A stretch of DNA of 64,000 bases from Tubiluchus corallicola (GCA_030141605.1 JAQGDQ010000260.1:248001-312000); one strand, 5' to 3'. Shown: positions 23,002 to 37,214, counted from the first letter of the stretch. Notes: generated from the letters alone by a model not told the origin. Translations and numbers: made by a program.

Positions 23002-24269
23002 TTTGAACCGGACGGCTCACAAGACGAGAATCTTGATGACCTGAAGCAAGTAGAAATAAATCAACAATGAACATTTTTTCGGCAATTTGCGTAGAAGCTT
23101 TCTTACCAACGTTAGACAATAACAGCTAACAGCAAGCGTTAAATAATTCAAGATTAACCGTCTAACCGCCTGAAATACTTCATCCACAATACTGTTTATA
23201 TATGATAAAAGTCACATTGCATTGTAAATGACGCAAGATATCTACAACAGCACTTCTCTAACTGAGTATCACCTTAAAAAATTTGATATGGCTTCAGCAG
23301 ATATTGGGAGCCATTGGGTGCTTATTAAAGCAAAAACGTAAGCAATCTTAAACTGTAGGTCAAAATAATCTGCTCTTTAAAATATTGAAAGGAAACGTAG
23401 TTAGACGGGCACTATCGTCTGCATTTGGGAAACGGATTGCACAAAAAAATCATCCTATCTTCCTTTAAGTTATGGACTGATAAAAGTATATTAATACGTT
23501 AGTGTGCCGCAGTACTAATGCATGTATACATACATATTTAAAAGGTGCGACATAATTTACATAGTAAAAGATAAGAATTTGATTACCTTACAGCCCATAA
23601 ATATCCACTTACTGTTTAAAAATCCTGCTTGGAATGGGCGAATTTTCAGAAAATGGGAAGATTATTATTAAGGGTATTAAATGAGTTGCAATAAGACTGG
23701 TTGTTGTTGTTGTTGTTGTGTTTTCTTTGGTTGCAAAGTGAAAAGGGGGTAGTCCGGAGTCTTGTTGATTTTCTTAAGAGCAAATAAGTTCAGGTAATAC
23801 CCATCTTAATAACAGTTTTCTCATTTTTAATGAGTTTCAGTCGTTTCAGACCTGGTGAACGAATTGGCATCTTAAAACGTTATGCTTAGTAAAATCTCAT
23901 TAAGGCTGACACAACAAAGCCAACAAATAGCAAGATGCGGAAGAGTTAACCACGAAAATTGATGAAAAGGTGTGGCGTTAATAATTGCTCGTAATAAATG
24001 TGATATTTTTTTCACAAATCAGGCCCATTAAAGTTGAATAGCTTGTAAAGTGAACTAAAACCTATGAACCCCAGCTTGTTGGTCACCGCCTGTTAATAAG
24101 AACCTATCCGTCCAGGAATCTCAGGTGAATGATTCTCAGGTGAGCATTTACCTGTTCAAAGCGTGTCAAAAACCTGTAAACATTTTCTATTAGTAAGGCG
24201 TACTTCAGTTTTCAAATGCGTATTATAATGTTCTGTACATTATTTGTAAATTTATTCAATGTGGATACT

Positions 24270-24560
24270 TAAAATTTCAGACACAGAACAATTGTATAAA
24301 ACAGATTCATATTAGTAAAACAAATATCTGGTACCGTCCTCAGTCTTAAGCGTTCAAAATATCTAGTTAGAAAAGCCAGAAAGGAATGACATGCGTGATT
24401 AAATTGTCACAACCGTTATAAAATTACTTTCTGGTTTTCCAACTAAACATTTTGAACACGTGCAATTGATGGAGACACCAGGCAGATCTTGAAATGTTTT
24501 GTGATTTTGCTTTTAATAAAACGAGCATGCGTTATACAATACTTCTGTGTGCGAAATTTT
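24270..24560. repeat. Imperfect foldback, ~290 bp
   Basis: Anchors ACACAGAA 24281/TTCTGTGT 24543, GTTCAAAAT 24352/ATTTTGAAC 24449, CCAGAAAG 24376/CTTTCTGG 24427. Confidence 0.75.
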
Positions 24561-24883
24561 TATTAATAATGAGATTTCCCAAAGATAAATTTGTTGTTAT
24601 TCAGTAATGACTTTTACAGAATAGTTAAATGCCTAGCGATTATTACTGAATTTTCATTTACTGCGTTTTAATTTATTACTCATAAACACCGAACTGTAAG
24701 CAGACAAGGAAGTTATTTTCTGCGCGCTCAAAAGACAGGAACTCGCGCAGTTACCAACAATGAAATAAATGGAAGTTTATGATTGATTTTCATCTGCTTA
24801 ATCTGTTACAGGCTAGCCTTTAAATATCAAAAGTTAAGAATCGTGATTAGGCACATGCTCTAGGTATATATAAGCATATATAC

Positions 24884-24914
<31 letters not shown>

Positions 24915-24944
24915 AATATGTATATATTCGCTTACACACACATA

Positions 24945-24981
<37 letters not shown>
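24884..24981. repeat. (GT)n and (AT)n microsatellites
   Basis: Direct inspection. Confidence 0.9.
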
Positions 24982-24984
<3 letters not shown>

Positions 24985-25254
24985 TTAAGGTGAACACGTA
25001 TAGGGATGTCTTCGCCGCGCTTCGATGTATGTACACCGCCCTCCGCCAAAAACGAAAAAAGCTAAGGACAGCATGACAGATGAAACTGCAAAAAACAGTA
25101 TTCGTTCTGGTCAAACATCCTTTTTACTAACATGTACGGTGTTGCTCAACTGCGCAGGCAACCACACGGTTTGGCTATTTTTAGAAACGTGTTTTCATTT
25201 TTAGCTGCGACAAAACAATAGTTGCTAGATGCCTAAAATTTGCGTGTTTGAACC

Positions 25255-25510
25255 TTATTACGTCTGTTAAAGAAATTATGTTTTTGTTGCCGCTTGTTTG
25301 TTTGCCTGTTAGCGAGATTACGCAAAAACTACTTAACCGATTTTCACTAAACTTTAAGGAGGGACGAAGCGTGGCTCAAGAACGTTTACTTTAAATTTTA
25401 GTCCGGATCTTAATTTATTTTCTCTTTTTTTAGTCAAAAGAGTCAGGCGGACATATTTAGGATTGTTCGGCCTTGGCGAAGGCTGTATTCTACTGAGTGC
25501 CATTTTAGTT
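25255..25510 (+). mobile_element. Non-autonomous Helitron/Helentron-like element
   Basis: Starts TTATTAC..., has a (GTTT)n tract, GATTACGCAAAAACTACTTAACCGATTTTCAC, and ends GGCCTTGGCGAAGG...CTGAGTGCCATTTTAGTT, a layout typical of rolling-circle non-autonomous repeats of aquatic animals (recognised from memory). Confidence 0.65.
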
Positions 25511-25870
25511 CTGATAATGAATTAATTTTATTATTTAGAATATTATGATTAAAAACAGAAAACTCGAAATAATACCCAGGCCTACATGTAAATCAATTAA
25601 ACATTTCGCAATAATATTTGCATAGTAATTAGCTTGTAAGTTAATGTGCATTTACATTAAAACCGGATCTATGAATCATAATGAAGTATATTTGCATTGG
25701 AACAACTTGGGAAGCTGTTATTATATCTGATGACGTCACAGGTTTTGATTTTACTGATCTATTTCGAAACGCGGGCACAATGAAAGAAAAAGTGATTTTC
25801 ATCTGCCGCGATTGTTTTTATGATGTTCTCGGAATGTGCGACGTAAAACCATCAAACCTAAGTAGTATAC

Positions 25871-25880
25871 ACGTTTATGG

Positions 25881-25918
<38 letters not shown>

Positions 25919-25934
25919 CGCGTGTGCGCGCACG

Positions 25935-26000
<66 letters not shown>

Positions 26001-26013
26001 TGACCATAAACGT
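25871..26013. repeat. Hairpin of (GT)n facing (CA)n, closed by an 11-bp inverted repeat
   Basis: ACGTTTATGGT-(GT)n...(CA)n...ACCATAAACGT. Confidence 0.85.
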
Positions 26014-26319
26014 CTTTGCAAACATTCTCGAAACAATGGAAAACATAAAAAAGAAAATCGTTGAAAATTCAGGAAAACCTTGCTTATTACAGGCTGAACT
26101 TTATTCTGCCAGTAATTGAAAGTAATGTAATTAATCTGGTGCAGCAATTATTAATTTGTCATTAATAATGTCATTAAAAACCGGTTAACAAAAATGCTGC
26201 TTTGGCGCCTGTTACCCTTCAAACACACTTACAGAATGAAAATGATACGGTTTCGCTTTGTGCCATTTTAGTTCACTATATTGGGCAGATTTATTTATGT
26301 AGATATTTTTGCAAAAGGA

Positions 26320-27560
26320 GTTGAAAGCAGGATGATTTTTTTTATATGTCATACTCCATTTTGAAGTACAATAAAAAGCATACGCTTTAACATGTATAAT
26401 ACTACCAAAGCGTTTCTGTTAATTAAATAATAGAATAAAACCTTAATTAACGGCGGGCGAGCAAACTAGTGATGACATCACAAAATGGACATAATATTCA
26501 AAAACACAAATGTTTTATGATCGTGTTGCGCGTGTTTGCAAAAGCAAAAAATGAAGTGTAGTGCTATTGTACAACATTCAGTGTGATATACAAAAAAAAC
26601 TCGGCAAATTTTATGTCTAACACTTGCTCTCACACATGAGCTCTAGAATGTGTGCACTACGTCACAACCGAACTCATCTGAACTACGAGGTACAGCACAT
26701 GTTTTTTGTGTGACGCGTTTTCGAGATGTAGGCGCTACTATTGCCCATCTAGCTAGAAGCGGCAAAATACATGTGACAGCGAAGAACTAGCTGCGCGAAC
26801 ACGAAATAACGTTTCTGTGACAATAATTCTTTCACGTAAATCGTTTTTGCATTGTAGTACCTCCTCTTTCAACATTTTATGGGGTATATAAATTTTTGAG
26901 CTATAGTTTAAGGTTGGGTCCAACTTACTTTTAAAGGAAAACCTGGCCCAATCTTAAAGTGTAGGTCAAGACTATCTACTCTTTAAAATATTGAAAGGAA
27001 ACATACCGTTTTTTTTTCAAAAATGACTTACGTGAAAGAATTGTTACCACACAAACGCAATTTCACGTTTGCGCCACTAGTTCTAAGCTGTTATATGCAC
27101 TTCGCCATTCGATAGTTAGACGTGCACTAGCGTCTCCATTTCCGAAACGCATTGAGCAAAAAACAGATGCCGTACCTCTCAGTTCAGATGTGTTAGTTTG
27201 TAATGTACTACACACGTTCGATAGCTCGTCCTTGAGCACAGCGTTAAATTTGAAATTTGAATTTTTATCTTAAAACTTGCCGAGTTTTAGTAGAGCACAC
27301 TGAATCTCTTGCAGTAGCACTGTACTTCAATTGTCGGTTTCGCAAACAGATGCAACACGCTCATGGAATGTTTTTGATATTGAAAATTATGTTCGTTTGC
27401 GATCTCATCAATACTTGGGCTCGCCTGTCGTTAACTAAGATTTTACTCTATTATTTAATTATCAGAAACTTTTTTGCACTATTATTGGTGTTAAAATGTA
27501 TGCTTTTTATCGTACTTAAAAATGGCGTGGTATATGAAAGATTATTCTCTCTTCCTTTGA
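26320..27560. repeat. ~1.2-kb imperfect palindrome (foldback)
   Basis: Reverse-complement anchors 26371-26383/27498-27510, 26675-26684/27181-27190 and 26825-26839/27028-27042; centre ~26935. Confidence 0.9.
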
Positions 27561-30500
27561 AAGACGAGAGATAAGTTACACTGTGATCCTAGTCACTGAT
27601 TCAATAATTGTGAAGCTTTCCGCGTGGCTATTATAATGTCCAGTCACAGACAGTCTGCGCAAATTACACACATACCGTACAGCCCACACACAGTCACACA
27701 GACCTAATTTCGAATGCTGAATCATGCAGCCATGCTACTGTGCCAATTACTTAACCCATCTAAACAGGAACTACGTACATTTGCACGTTTTAATGTTACG
27801 TGTACACTATTTTACAGAAGTCTTCTCCAAACGACTGACATAGAATATTACTTTATATTTTCAGGGATTTATCCAGCTGTGACTACTATTTAACAATTCT
27901 ACCCGTTCAACCTGATACCTTAAGAAGGACTCTGTCTTTTATGTCACGTACCTGAAGGAGTTTAGCCGTTTTTACTAATTCAGTGTACAACCTTGAGCCA
28001 AGTACTAAAACTGATAACAGTAAATGCTGCTATGCATGTTCATGAAAACCATGAGAGAATTCAGCCTGATTTTGCGCATTATATCTATGACTATGATTAT
28101 GTTTCTGTGCATATCTATGGTAATTGTATAACCTATTTACATTTACTTGCTGACCTCGAATGTTACCAGTAATCACAAACAGTTGAGACAGAACTTTTGC
28201 CTGTTCTACCCACTTCGACACTTCCTGCCAAGGACAGTCAGCTCAAATTAGTGGAATTTTGTGCTATCAATAAGCTGTGGCCATTTTTAACCAAATTACA
28301 GCGACAAAGGTTAAATGTACTGCGCATGGCTTAACAGGATGCGAATAAGCATTATCTATCCAAGTAATTTGTAAATTTGGTCGTTATGGTGTTATGTTGC
28401 GACCATCTAATTGAACATTGTGCGACAATGCTAGTATGGAACAGTACTGTAACGTGCTGTAACTTTCTGGAACTAGTGCTTACTTAACCTCACGATAAAC
28501 TGAAGAAGAAATTGCAAGGCTGCCAACTAATGAGACGTAGCATAAAAATGCCAAAATGTCGAGCTCTCCAAGAGTAGCTAAGATTAAACTAACAAACTTA
28601 GAACTTATGCATATATATGGATCGTAACTCAAACTCATAATAAAAAACTTTTCTTTTACATACAAGCTCATAATAAGAAAACTTTTGTTCGTACATTAAA
28701 CTCACTAGGCTTACATTATAGCTAGTAATAACAGCGAACATAATTAATAGATTAATTAAGGAAATGCTTAGAAAATGTTGGTAGAAACTAAGTGAATTTT
28801 ATCAACAGATTTGTTACTAGACTAAAAAATCTCAATCTGATTGAAAATGTTAAAATAAAAACACGGACATGATAGTCAACCATTTTAAGCTAGTTCTTGT
28901 TTTTCTGAATAAACTTCAATTATATTGTTTTCTATTCTTTTTTTGTCACAATTCTTAACTGCGATGTCACTCTTTTTTGTTTTGATGTCAGCAAAAAATA
29001 TAATTTTGTTTACATTTTTGTTTATATAACACATCAGTTGTTTTATTAATGATGAATAATTCTTTTCCTGTCATTTCTCCTGGAGACAACGCTTACAGTT
29101 TTCAGTCCTTTAATTAAAGCAAATACGTGGGTAATTTGGGCATACAATCAACAAAGTCTTTAACCTTTTCTAAAATTATTTGTCACTTGAGAATTGACAC
29201 CTAATTGTGTCTTTTTGGAGAAGTGTCAGTTAAGCAAATAAATTATTCCTACATTATTCTTACATTTATTATAAAACTATTTGTAACTTGAGAATTGACA
29301 AGTGTCCAAATTGTGTTGCCACAACAATTCGAAACTCAGTTAAGGATTTGTTATGAATTCAAAAGAGTTAATTGCTTATGTAAAGTTAATCTTTTATGCA
29401 GCTTGAAATATTTGAAATTCGTGAGCGCGGGGTGCATTGATCAAACATCTAGATAAAAAAACGAATCACGAGTGTAATCGGATCGCGTGATGATTTTATA
29501 AATGGTGGTAAAACTTTCAAACTTTAACACGCTTCAAACTATTGTGTGGTTATAATAGCCTCTAGTCGTAAAAATAATTACACAAACGCCTGAGGCTAGT
29601 ACGATTTCCTACACTTAAACGTTGTAGACATAGATAATGGTCTCAAATAGACAAGAGCATGCTCTGCGCAAGAGGTCACTGGACTCGGTGCACCACTTCC
29701 TGAAAACCCGCGTTGCATATCGTAAAATGTAACGCTTCGCATGATTGGTCGACAGTATAACCATTCTTTCGTTACTTCAATGAGACCTCAGGATTGCCTG
29801 ATGCCCACGCAGATAGTATTGTGTTAGTTTAACTTAGTTTGGGGATTGTTTCTTTTCTAATCCGGCTATAATCTGGAAACAGTATACATGCGCCTAAAAG
29901 GTAAAAGGCCCAGAGAGTATTTGCGTTTTAGTCCATGTACACCAAATCTAGTAAAAAGATACAAAAGACAAAAAATGGAAAAAAAGTACATTGAGGCGTT
30001 TATGTTATCTGCCGCCCCAAAATCACAAAAGGACCAACCGACAGTGGCCCTTTTAAGCTAAGTGATTACATTGGCGTGAAAACATGATGGTGTAAAAAGA
30101 TAAAATATTCTCAACTATTTTGCTAGTGACAGGACAGATAACCCGCAGAATTTATCTTGCACAGATTTGTTGCAGTTAGAGAAAACCTAGGTTCACGTTT
30201 TAAAAGTTCAACAGAAAGTTGTTCTTAGATGAATGGCAAATCATTAAAATTTTACAAAGCACCTATTATTAAGAAGAAGCATTAACAACTCCAGTTATCA
30301 CGTACAATGTACAATTACTGTTAAATACACTTTGCAATTAATTAATGAATTAATTATTGTAATGGGACACTGCCTTTTTTGTAATGTAGTGTAATTCGTA
30401 TATTGATTATACTCTGTTACCTCAAGATTTATGATACACGTAATTGTCAACTAAATAGTATTAGTCAGGAAATGCCATTTAATTCAATTTTCATATACAC

Positions 30501-31444
30501 AAATCTATTCCCTCCTGCATCGAATAGAACTCAGGAGTTAATCACACCATTTTTATAGTCTCATCTAGGTCCACCAAATCTTTGTTTTTAGGAATTGTAA
30601 ACAAATAAATAAAATAGGCCACCCTCATTAAATCAACACAAATCTTTTTATCTCAAAGCTATACGGAATTTTTGAGGATGTCGCATTTTCAGGAGTGCCC
30701 CAGTCATACATATATTAACATATATTAACACGCAAAATCGACACTCTTTTAGAAGCTTCAACAGCGTAAATGAAATAAATTAAATTAAGAACTCATTTCA
30801 AATAAAGAATTCAAATTCTTCAGGTATAGTACATGCACTAGGATCAGTATTACGATATTCTTGGGAATCATATTTTAGTGTTAGTTAAACGCAGACGTCA
30901 TGTTAATTACATTCAGCACTTACAGAAAATGCATTATAAAGTAAGCATAACACACAGAAACGTTTCAAATTTTGCAATTTGTCAGCAAAACATAAAATCA
31001 TCCATGTATGCAGTTTACATATCTATACATCTATAATAACAACGTTTATTGGAAAAAACTCGCAGATATAAAGGTGTGTTGTCACCTGATTTTCATTTTT
31101 TAAAATGTAAACTTCGATTGATAAAAGGCAACAAAAACAGTGGCAATTGTTTTCTAATAGTTTTAAAGTTTAAATGATATTTTAACTTATTACCTTCGTT
31201 TGTTGTATCCGATGGTAGGCTAATCACGCTACCTGAGCCGTCAAAACATTCACTTGTACTAAAGGTAGCGGAACCACACTGTTATGCTGTCTGCTCTCGT
31301 CCGAGTTTACCGTGTTAATTAGAGTGAGTGTGCCACCAAGCGTACAGGTAAGGAACTACGACTTGTTATGGACTATCTTTATTAAGTGGTAAAGACGTGT
31401 GCAACCAAATAAACGCACGAAAGCAGTACTAAATTAGAAGTCTG

Positions 31445-31530
31445 AAAAATTCTACACTTCCGCTAAGACTTGAACGAATCCAAGACCTTTTGGTTTTCGG
31501 CCAGCTATGCTAGCTATTACGCCATAGGTA
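31445..31530 (-). mobile_element. Degenerate tRNA-derived SINE head
   Basis: Minus strand TGGCGTAATAGCTAGCATAGCTGG (A-box-like) ...AAGGTCTTGGATTCGTTCAAGTC (B-box-like); no intact cloverleaf. Confidence 0.5.
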
Positions 31531-32109
31531 TACTTTGACTTTTCAGATTAAGGAATTTACGTTATAAGCTAGTACAGGTCTCTCAAGGCATACGTTTGAC
31601 ATTTATTAAAGGTCACATTTTCTACTTCACTTTACACTAACCCTCCCCAAAATACACTAGTCAACGTAAATCAGTTAATCAAACGAACTGCAGACTTCAT
31701 CATTTACGCCACACAACGACATCACTCACGGAATCATTGGGCGTAACCTGACCAGGATTCAGGATCTCGGTCGCTTTTCCTTTAATCCCAAACCTAGCCT
31801 TAAACCTTAATCTTCAAGCCTACTTAATAAAAATAATGTTTCGTTAACGTTTTTTAAAGCGTCTAATTAGTTTTTTGCCTGTTAGTTTTGTGTGTTTGTA
31901 ATGTGTCTTTTATTTAAAATATGTCCTGTGTACAGCCGAGTATTTTAACTTTTCTTACAAAGCTATGTACTTAAAATAAATTTTATGTAAAAATAAAATA
32001 GAATACAGTATAAGACCTTTATCAATCAATGATATTATTACCAAAAATTCATCATGCTTTATGAAATAAAATATTAATGGTAAGTAATTTCACTAAAGCT
32101 GCTGCCAGC

Positions 32110-32300
32110 ATATCCACTGGTGGTCCTTTCCTCAGTGGTCCTTGTCCACCGCCTAATTGGTTGACCTTTGACAGCTTTCAAAGTGGAGAAGTGGTCCTTT
32201 CTCCGGTGGTCCGTTGTCCAGGGTGCTACTTTGTCCGGCGGTCCTTTCTACAGTGGTCCTTTGAGCGGTGGCCCTTTATCCGGCGGTCCTTTGACCTACA
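32110..32300. repeat. Degenerate GGTGGTCCTTT short tandem array
   Basis: About 9 copies of (G/C)GGTCCTTT-like units; probably the internal array of a non-autonomous element. Confidence 0.7.
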
Positions 32301-32967
32301 GCCTTCTTATACACTTGGTTTGAACATATAAATTTGTGCTCAAACCTTTCCTGCCGACAAGTAGATTATAGCAAATAAGCGACGGCGTCATTTTCTTGTT
32401 ATTTTAATATAAATGTCACTTTCTTTGCTACTTAAATTGGTTTTAAATTTATTGGCTAACTGATTGATTAGCCTTTTGCCAACATTTTGCCTCTATACAG
32501 CATTTGTGTAAGAGTTCTCACAAAACAGAAAGCAAGTGGACAATGTAGCGTGCATTTATCAGACTGCAGCGCCATCTTACTTGGCATTGTGAAATATAAT
32601 GTTTTCTGTATAATATTTTCACAGTATATTAGCGCGATAGAAGCAAGTGAGTTGTCACGAAATGCGCTTAGCAACCACAGTTAGGAGACATCGATCTTGG
32701 TCAATAAGTGGGTGGGTGTCCTCCCTCGAACTGGCTTTGGGCGGCGTCACCTGAAATGTTACCACACTTGAATCCGAATATTGGCATGAATCTCTTCAGT
32801 TATACGTGTCTATTTAAATGATTAACTTTAATAATAAGTTGGGTTTCAATTCTGTCGTAAGCATGTCCTGTGGTTGTGAGTTGTATTCTGGCTGGCAGAA
32901 TATCAAGCTTTTATATAAGAATTTTTGAAAGGAGTTTATTACAACTCCTACGTAATATAAATACCTC

Positions 32968-33093
32968 ACCCCCAACCCTAATCCTAATATTAACCTCAGC
33001 CTTAACTCTAATCCCAACCTTAACCCATCCTAACCCTATCTCTAACAGAAACTCAAACCCTAACCCTAATCCTAATACTAATCCTGACCCTAA
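32968..33093. repeat. Degenerate interstitial (AACCCT)n telomere-like tract
   Basis: AACCCT/AATCCT/AACTCT hexamers. Confidence 0.75.
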
Positions 33094-33351
33094 TTTGTTG
33101 TGTGTGGGGAATTGTAAACTTTAGCCGAATTTTATGCACAAGCATAAAAATTATTTATATGCGCTTAATTTTAACTTGTAAAGGCCTTTTGTATGATGTG
33201 AGGTTTTTAAGTTTTTAAACAGTGGAAATAAATAAGTTTACGTGAACATATATATACTTTATGTACTTAAACTGTATATTTGCTTTCTGTATGTTTTATT
33301 CCAAAGGTAATATTGGTAAGCATCACAGGCAATTGTTTACCCTTGCAACAA

Positions 33352-33722
33352 TGTTGTGGAGATCGCTGGCATCTATTAGAATTAAATAGAACATTGTAGA
33401 ATGTTCCATTAGAATAATCGTCTTATCTTGTAGAATGTTCTAGAATGAAACGTCTAGAATGTTCTCTGGCACCCTATGTAAGGCGAAGCAGGGCGCTTAG
33501 ACGGGGACACACAGATTCACACGGACGCCACGTACACATTCTCTTGTATACTTGCATTTTCAGATACACTCAAACGTTTTCCAAATTTTCACGTTTAGTG
33601 TAATCATTTCGCGTTCCTTCATACTTTTGTGTTGTAGAATTCTCGCTTAATAAACTAGTTTAATTTGATGAAGTGTTTTCTGGTTTTCTCTACAAGCGTT
33701 CCGAGAGAAACAAAACACAACA
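33352..33722 (+). mobile_element. Solo LTR (371 bp)
   Basis: Termini TGTTGTG...CACAACA, perfect 5-bp TSD AACAA (33347-33351, 33723-33727), TAGAATGTTC repeats in the U3-like part, TATA-like TATGTAAG and AATAAA near 33649. Confidence 0.88.
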
Positions 33723-34185
33723 AACAATATGTTGCCAGTACATGTATTTACTTTTGTTGTGGTACATAGAATAGTTGTTGTAGTACTTAAGAAAAGAACA
33801 ATTTGTAAATATAACTTATTTTGTCGTACAATTTAATGCAATACTTGTACCAGTGCTTTAGAAAACTACTATTTGTAAGGATAATTTATTTCTGTCGTAA
33901 AACCTGAATTATTATTTCAATCCATGTTTTAATATACGATTTTATGGTGTATCTGAAGGCGGCACTTAAATAAATAAATTTTTAATTTAACCAAATCTAA
34001 TCAATATAAGAACAATTGAGTAATCAGTTACGTGAGTAGTCTATAGTGAAGTATTTTTATGAGTAGTATTCTGTAGCTTATGTCCTGTCTCCACAGTCAC
34101 TCTTGCTTGTGAGTAGTAATGCTCAATAGTTTTTGCCTCTCAGCTGCATTGCAGACAACGTGCTTTTATAGACCACGGTCTACTG

Positions 34186-34412
<227 letters not shown>

Positions 34413-35599
34413 ATGTTATTGACAATAATAACAATTGTTATATAATCCATCAATAACATTGCAAAAACGAACATTGAGGTATAAAAAATACATGTTAACA
34501 AGAAATAACAACACAGCGCGAGTTAATCGTAAATTTTCAAAATTCTGACAAGAATTTACAAGAAAGTTCAGGCTCTAAATCAACAGCATAAATATTTCTA
34601 ATTGGCTTAGATGATCTACAATGTGTAATAAAATGCGACTCGTCTTGATAGACATTATCAACCTACATACCCTTTTATCACAAGGAATGGGTGGCCTGGT
34701 CTATCACCTGTCTCAGTCCTCAGATAATGAGACGATAGCATAAACCTACTAAAACTGATTCGTGTAGAATAGGGAGATAGCAGACGAATAAATTGCATAT
34801 TGTACTAACGCAGGGTTGAGGGCCTCATTGCAAGTATACCGACTTTTGTTTACACTTGTAACGCGAATATTCACTACAACGTTGTCATTACAGCTTTTGT
34901 AAGTAGTACTGTTATGTATCTTATGGACCATTACTTATTAGTTCATACTATTAAACATAAAAGGCGTTTTCATAGGTTTTAACTTCTGCCCCATTGCAGG
35001 ATTTCACACATTGGCATAAGGGGCGCACTCTCGTGTTTTTTTTAGTTTTTGGCCATTATATATAAGCGTGTCAAACCTGGTCCAAGTAATTTGACACTGC
35101 AGTTTTTGACCGTTCTTGCATTTTCCAGAGTTGAGTAGTGGGGTTCAGTAGTGCCTACTGCCTAGTTCGATGTGCAGTTGTGATCAATATGTTTAGATAG
35201 CTTCCGACATGATGTAAGATTGCAGTCAGCTTACAAGTACTGTTATTGTATTGTTAATGATACAGTATAGCAGTCGACGTATTTGTAGTTCTATTGTACC
35301 GCATCTTCTGAGGTATTACTGGACCTCACACAGTTGTAAGTGGTGTGGTTTAGTAGCCTTAATATCACTACAGTGTTTTAATACTGAGTATGACTAATTA
35401 GCCTTGAAGTTTTTGGCTGAAGTAGAGTTATATTTAGTTGTGTATATATATATATATATATAGCTTCATAGCCTTGGTGAATTGTAGCTTTAGACAAATT
35501 TTAATAGGTTGATAGAACTGTCAGTGCCTTCTATAAGCAAGTTCTGTAGTACTTGTGTTGCTTAAATAATATATCCAGTGGTCAGGCGCAACTGCCACA

Positions 35600-35710
35600 G
35601 TGTGCTCTGCCCAACTGTCCACTACCTAAATGTCCTATTGCCCAAACATCCACTACCCAAATGTTCACTGCCCAAATGTCCACAACTCATTTGTTCAACC
35701 AAATGTCTGC
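35600..35710. repeat. Degenerate 15-bp ACTGCCCAAATGTCC array
   Basis: About 6 degenerate copies. Confidence 0.7.
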
Positions 35711-37214
35711 TGTTAATGTGATGTTTTCCTGACGACCCAATGTTTACATACAGTGGTTTACAAGTATACTAAATGAAATAAAATGTAGACCTACTTCACA
35801 CTGGGACCATTGCTGGTTTTCAAATCCGTGTTCCAGGTTCCCTGATCACTTTTCGGCTGTCAACCATCGACTTTTGTGCAATTTGGCCTATAAAGAGGTA
35901 TTTGACACACAGGAAAAAACAAACAAACAAAAAAAACAGATAAACTGCATAATATCTAGAAAAATTAAACATGCAGACTTTGTAATGTTTAGCGTTTGTA
36001 AACATTTACTGCAAACCCAGACCTAAATAAACAACTACTCAATCGCTACTTTTTCAGTTATCTTTATTAATTTATGTCAAAACAGTTACAAGCAAAAATT
36101 ATTGTTAATCATGAGTCACACTATCACACTCACTCAGTCACCGGTATATTTACAAAAATTACTGTTAACTGCGCTCCCATTTATTTGAGGAATAGTAACA
36201 ACCCTTATTTTGGGACCTGACATTTTCATGGACACCAATCACTTAATTTCTTATTACCAGCGTTAGATGGCAGCACGTAACCAGTCCCGATAGCAGAATG
36301 AGCTAAGCTAAGAAACTCCGGTTTGCTGTGTTTTTTTTTTAATCTCAATCAGCAAAATCAATTATGATGACGATGATAATAGTTATGATGGTCTTGTAGG
36401 AAAACAACAATTCCAAAGGTAATGATTACAGACCATTCATGACGATAATGACGAAATCATGAAGTAAAATAATCATCGAAATGTCTCGCTCACATTATTC
36501 TCTCTCGTTCTCTCTGTCTCTGCACACTTTATTTAGAGATAATTGCAATTTTTCTCTTACAAGCTATACATCACGTAACTACACGTATTTACAAAATTTC
36601 GTAGCACTGATCGTTTAGCATGTTATTAATAGTTCTTACCTACAGGCTATACGACATTAATATATACGACATCACAATATAATAATCCCCAGCCGGTTAA
36701 TGTCCATTTTGCTAGATCTAAAAGCAATGGAGTACCACAAGCATTTACTATCACAGATTATTTTAATTTTAGTATTATTAGATCATTTCAAATCGCGAAA
36801 TAATGTAAGATTTTGCATTAACTTCACATATACCTAAAACAGTAGCCCATTTTGCCTCCAAAATTTAGTAAAAAGAAAAAGCATGAGCGACTATGCTGCA
36901 ACTATAAACTAAGTACTGTATTAGCTTATTTACACAACTTGTACAATTTCTGTACACCAACACTGAAATCCCCATTTATTAGCTTCAGGAAAAGAAATAA
37001 CTATACTTAATTATCTGTTAGCACCTTTGATTTAACAATATTGCAACATACTGTACACTTACGATCTTACAAGACAGCTACATTGAAAACAGAATTATCA
37101 TCATCATTACCGCCAACTATTATTATTGCATAAGTATATTGCTAATATAGTGTTTTTTACACGGTTGAAAAGTTAAAAATGTGACTGAAGAAAGCATTAG
37201 CCATCATGCGAAAG

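Noticed and set aside
31445-31530. tRNA gene
   Set aside because: Only degenerate A/B boxes; the stems do not close; treated as a SINE relic.
32968-33093. True telomere or chromosome fusion site
   Set aside because: Short, degenerate and single orientation; similar tracts occur inside non-autonomous elements (see 14545-14670).
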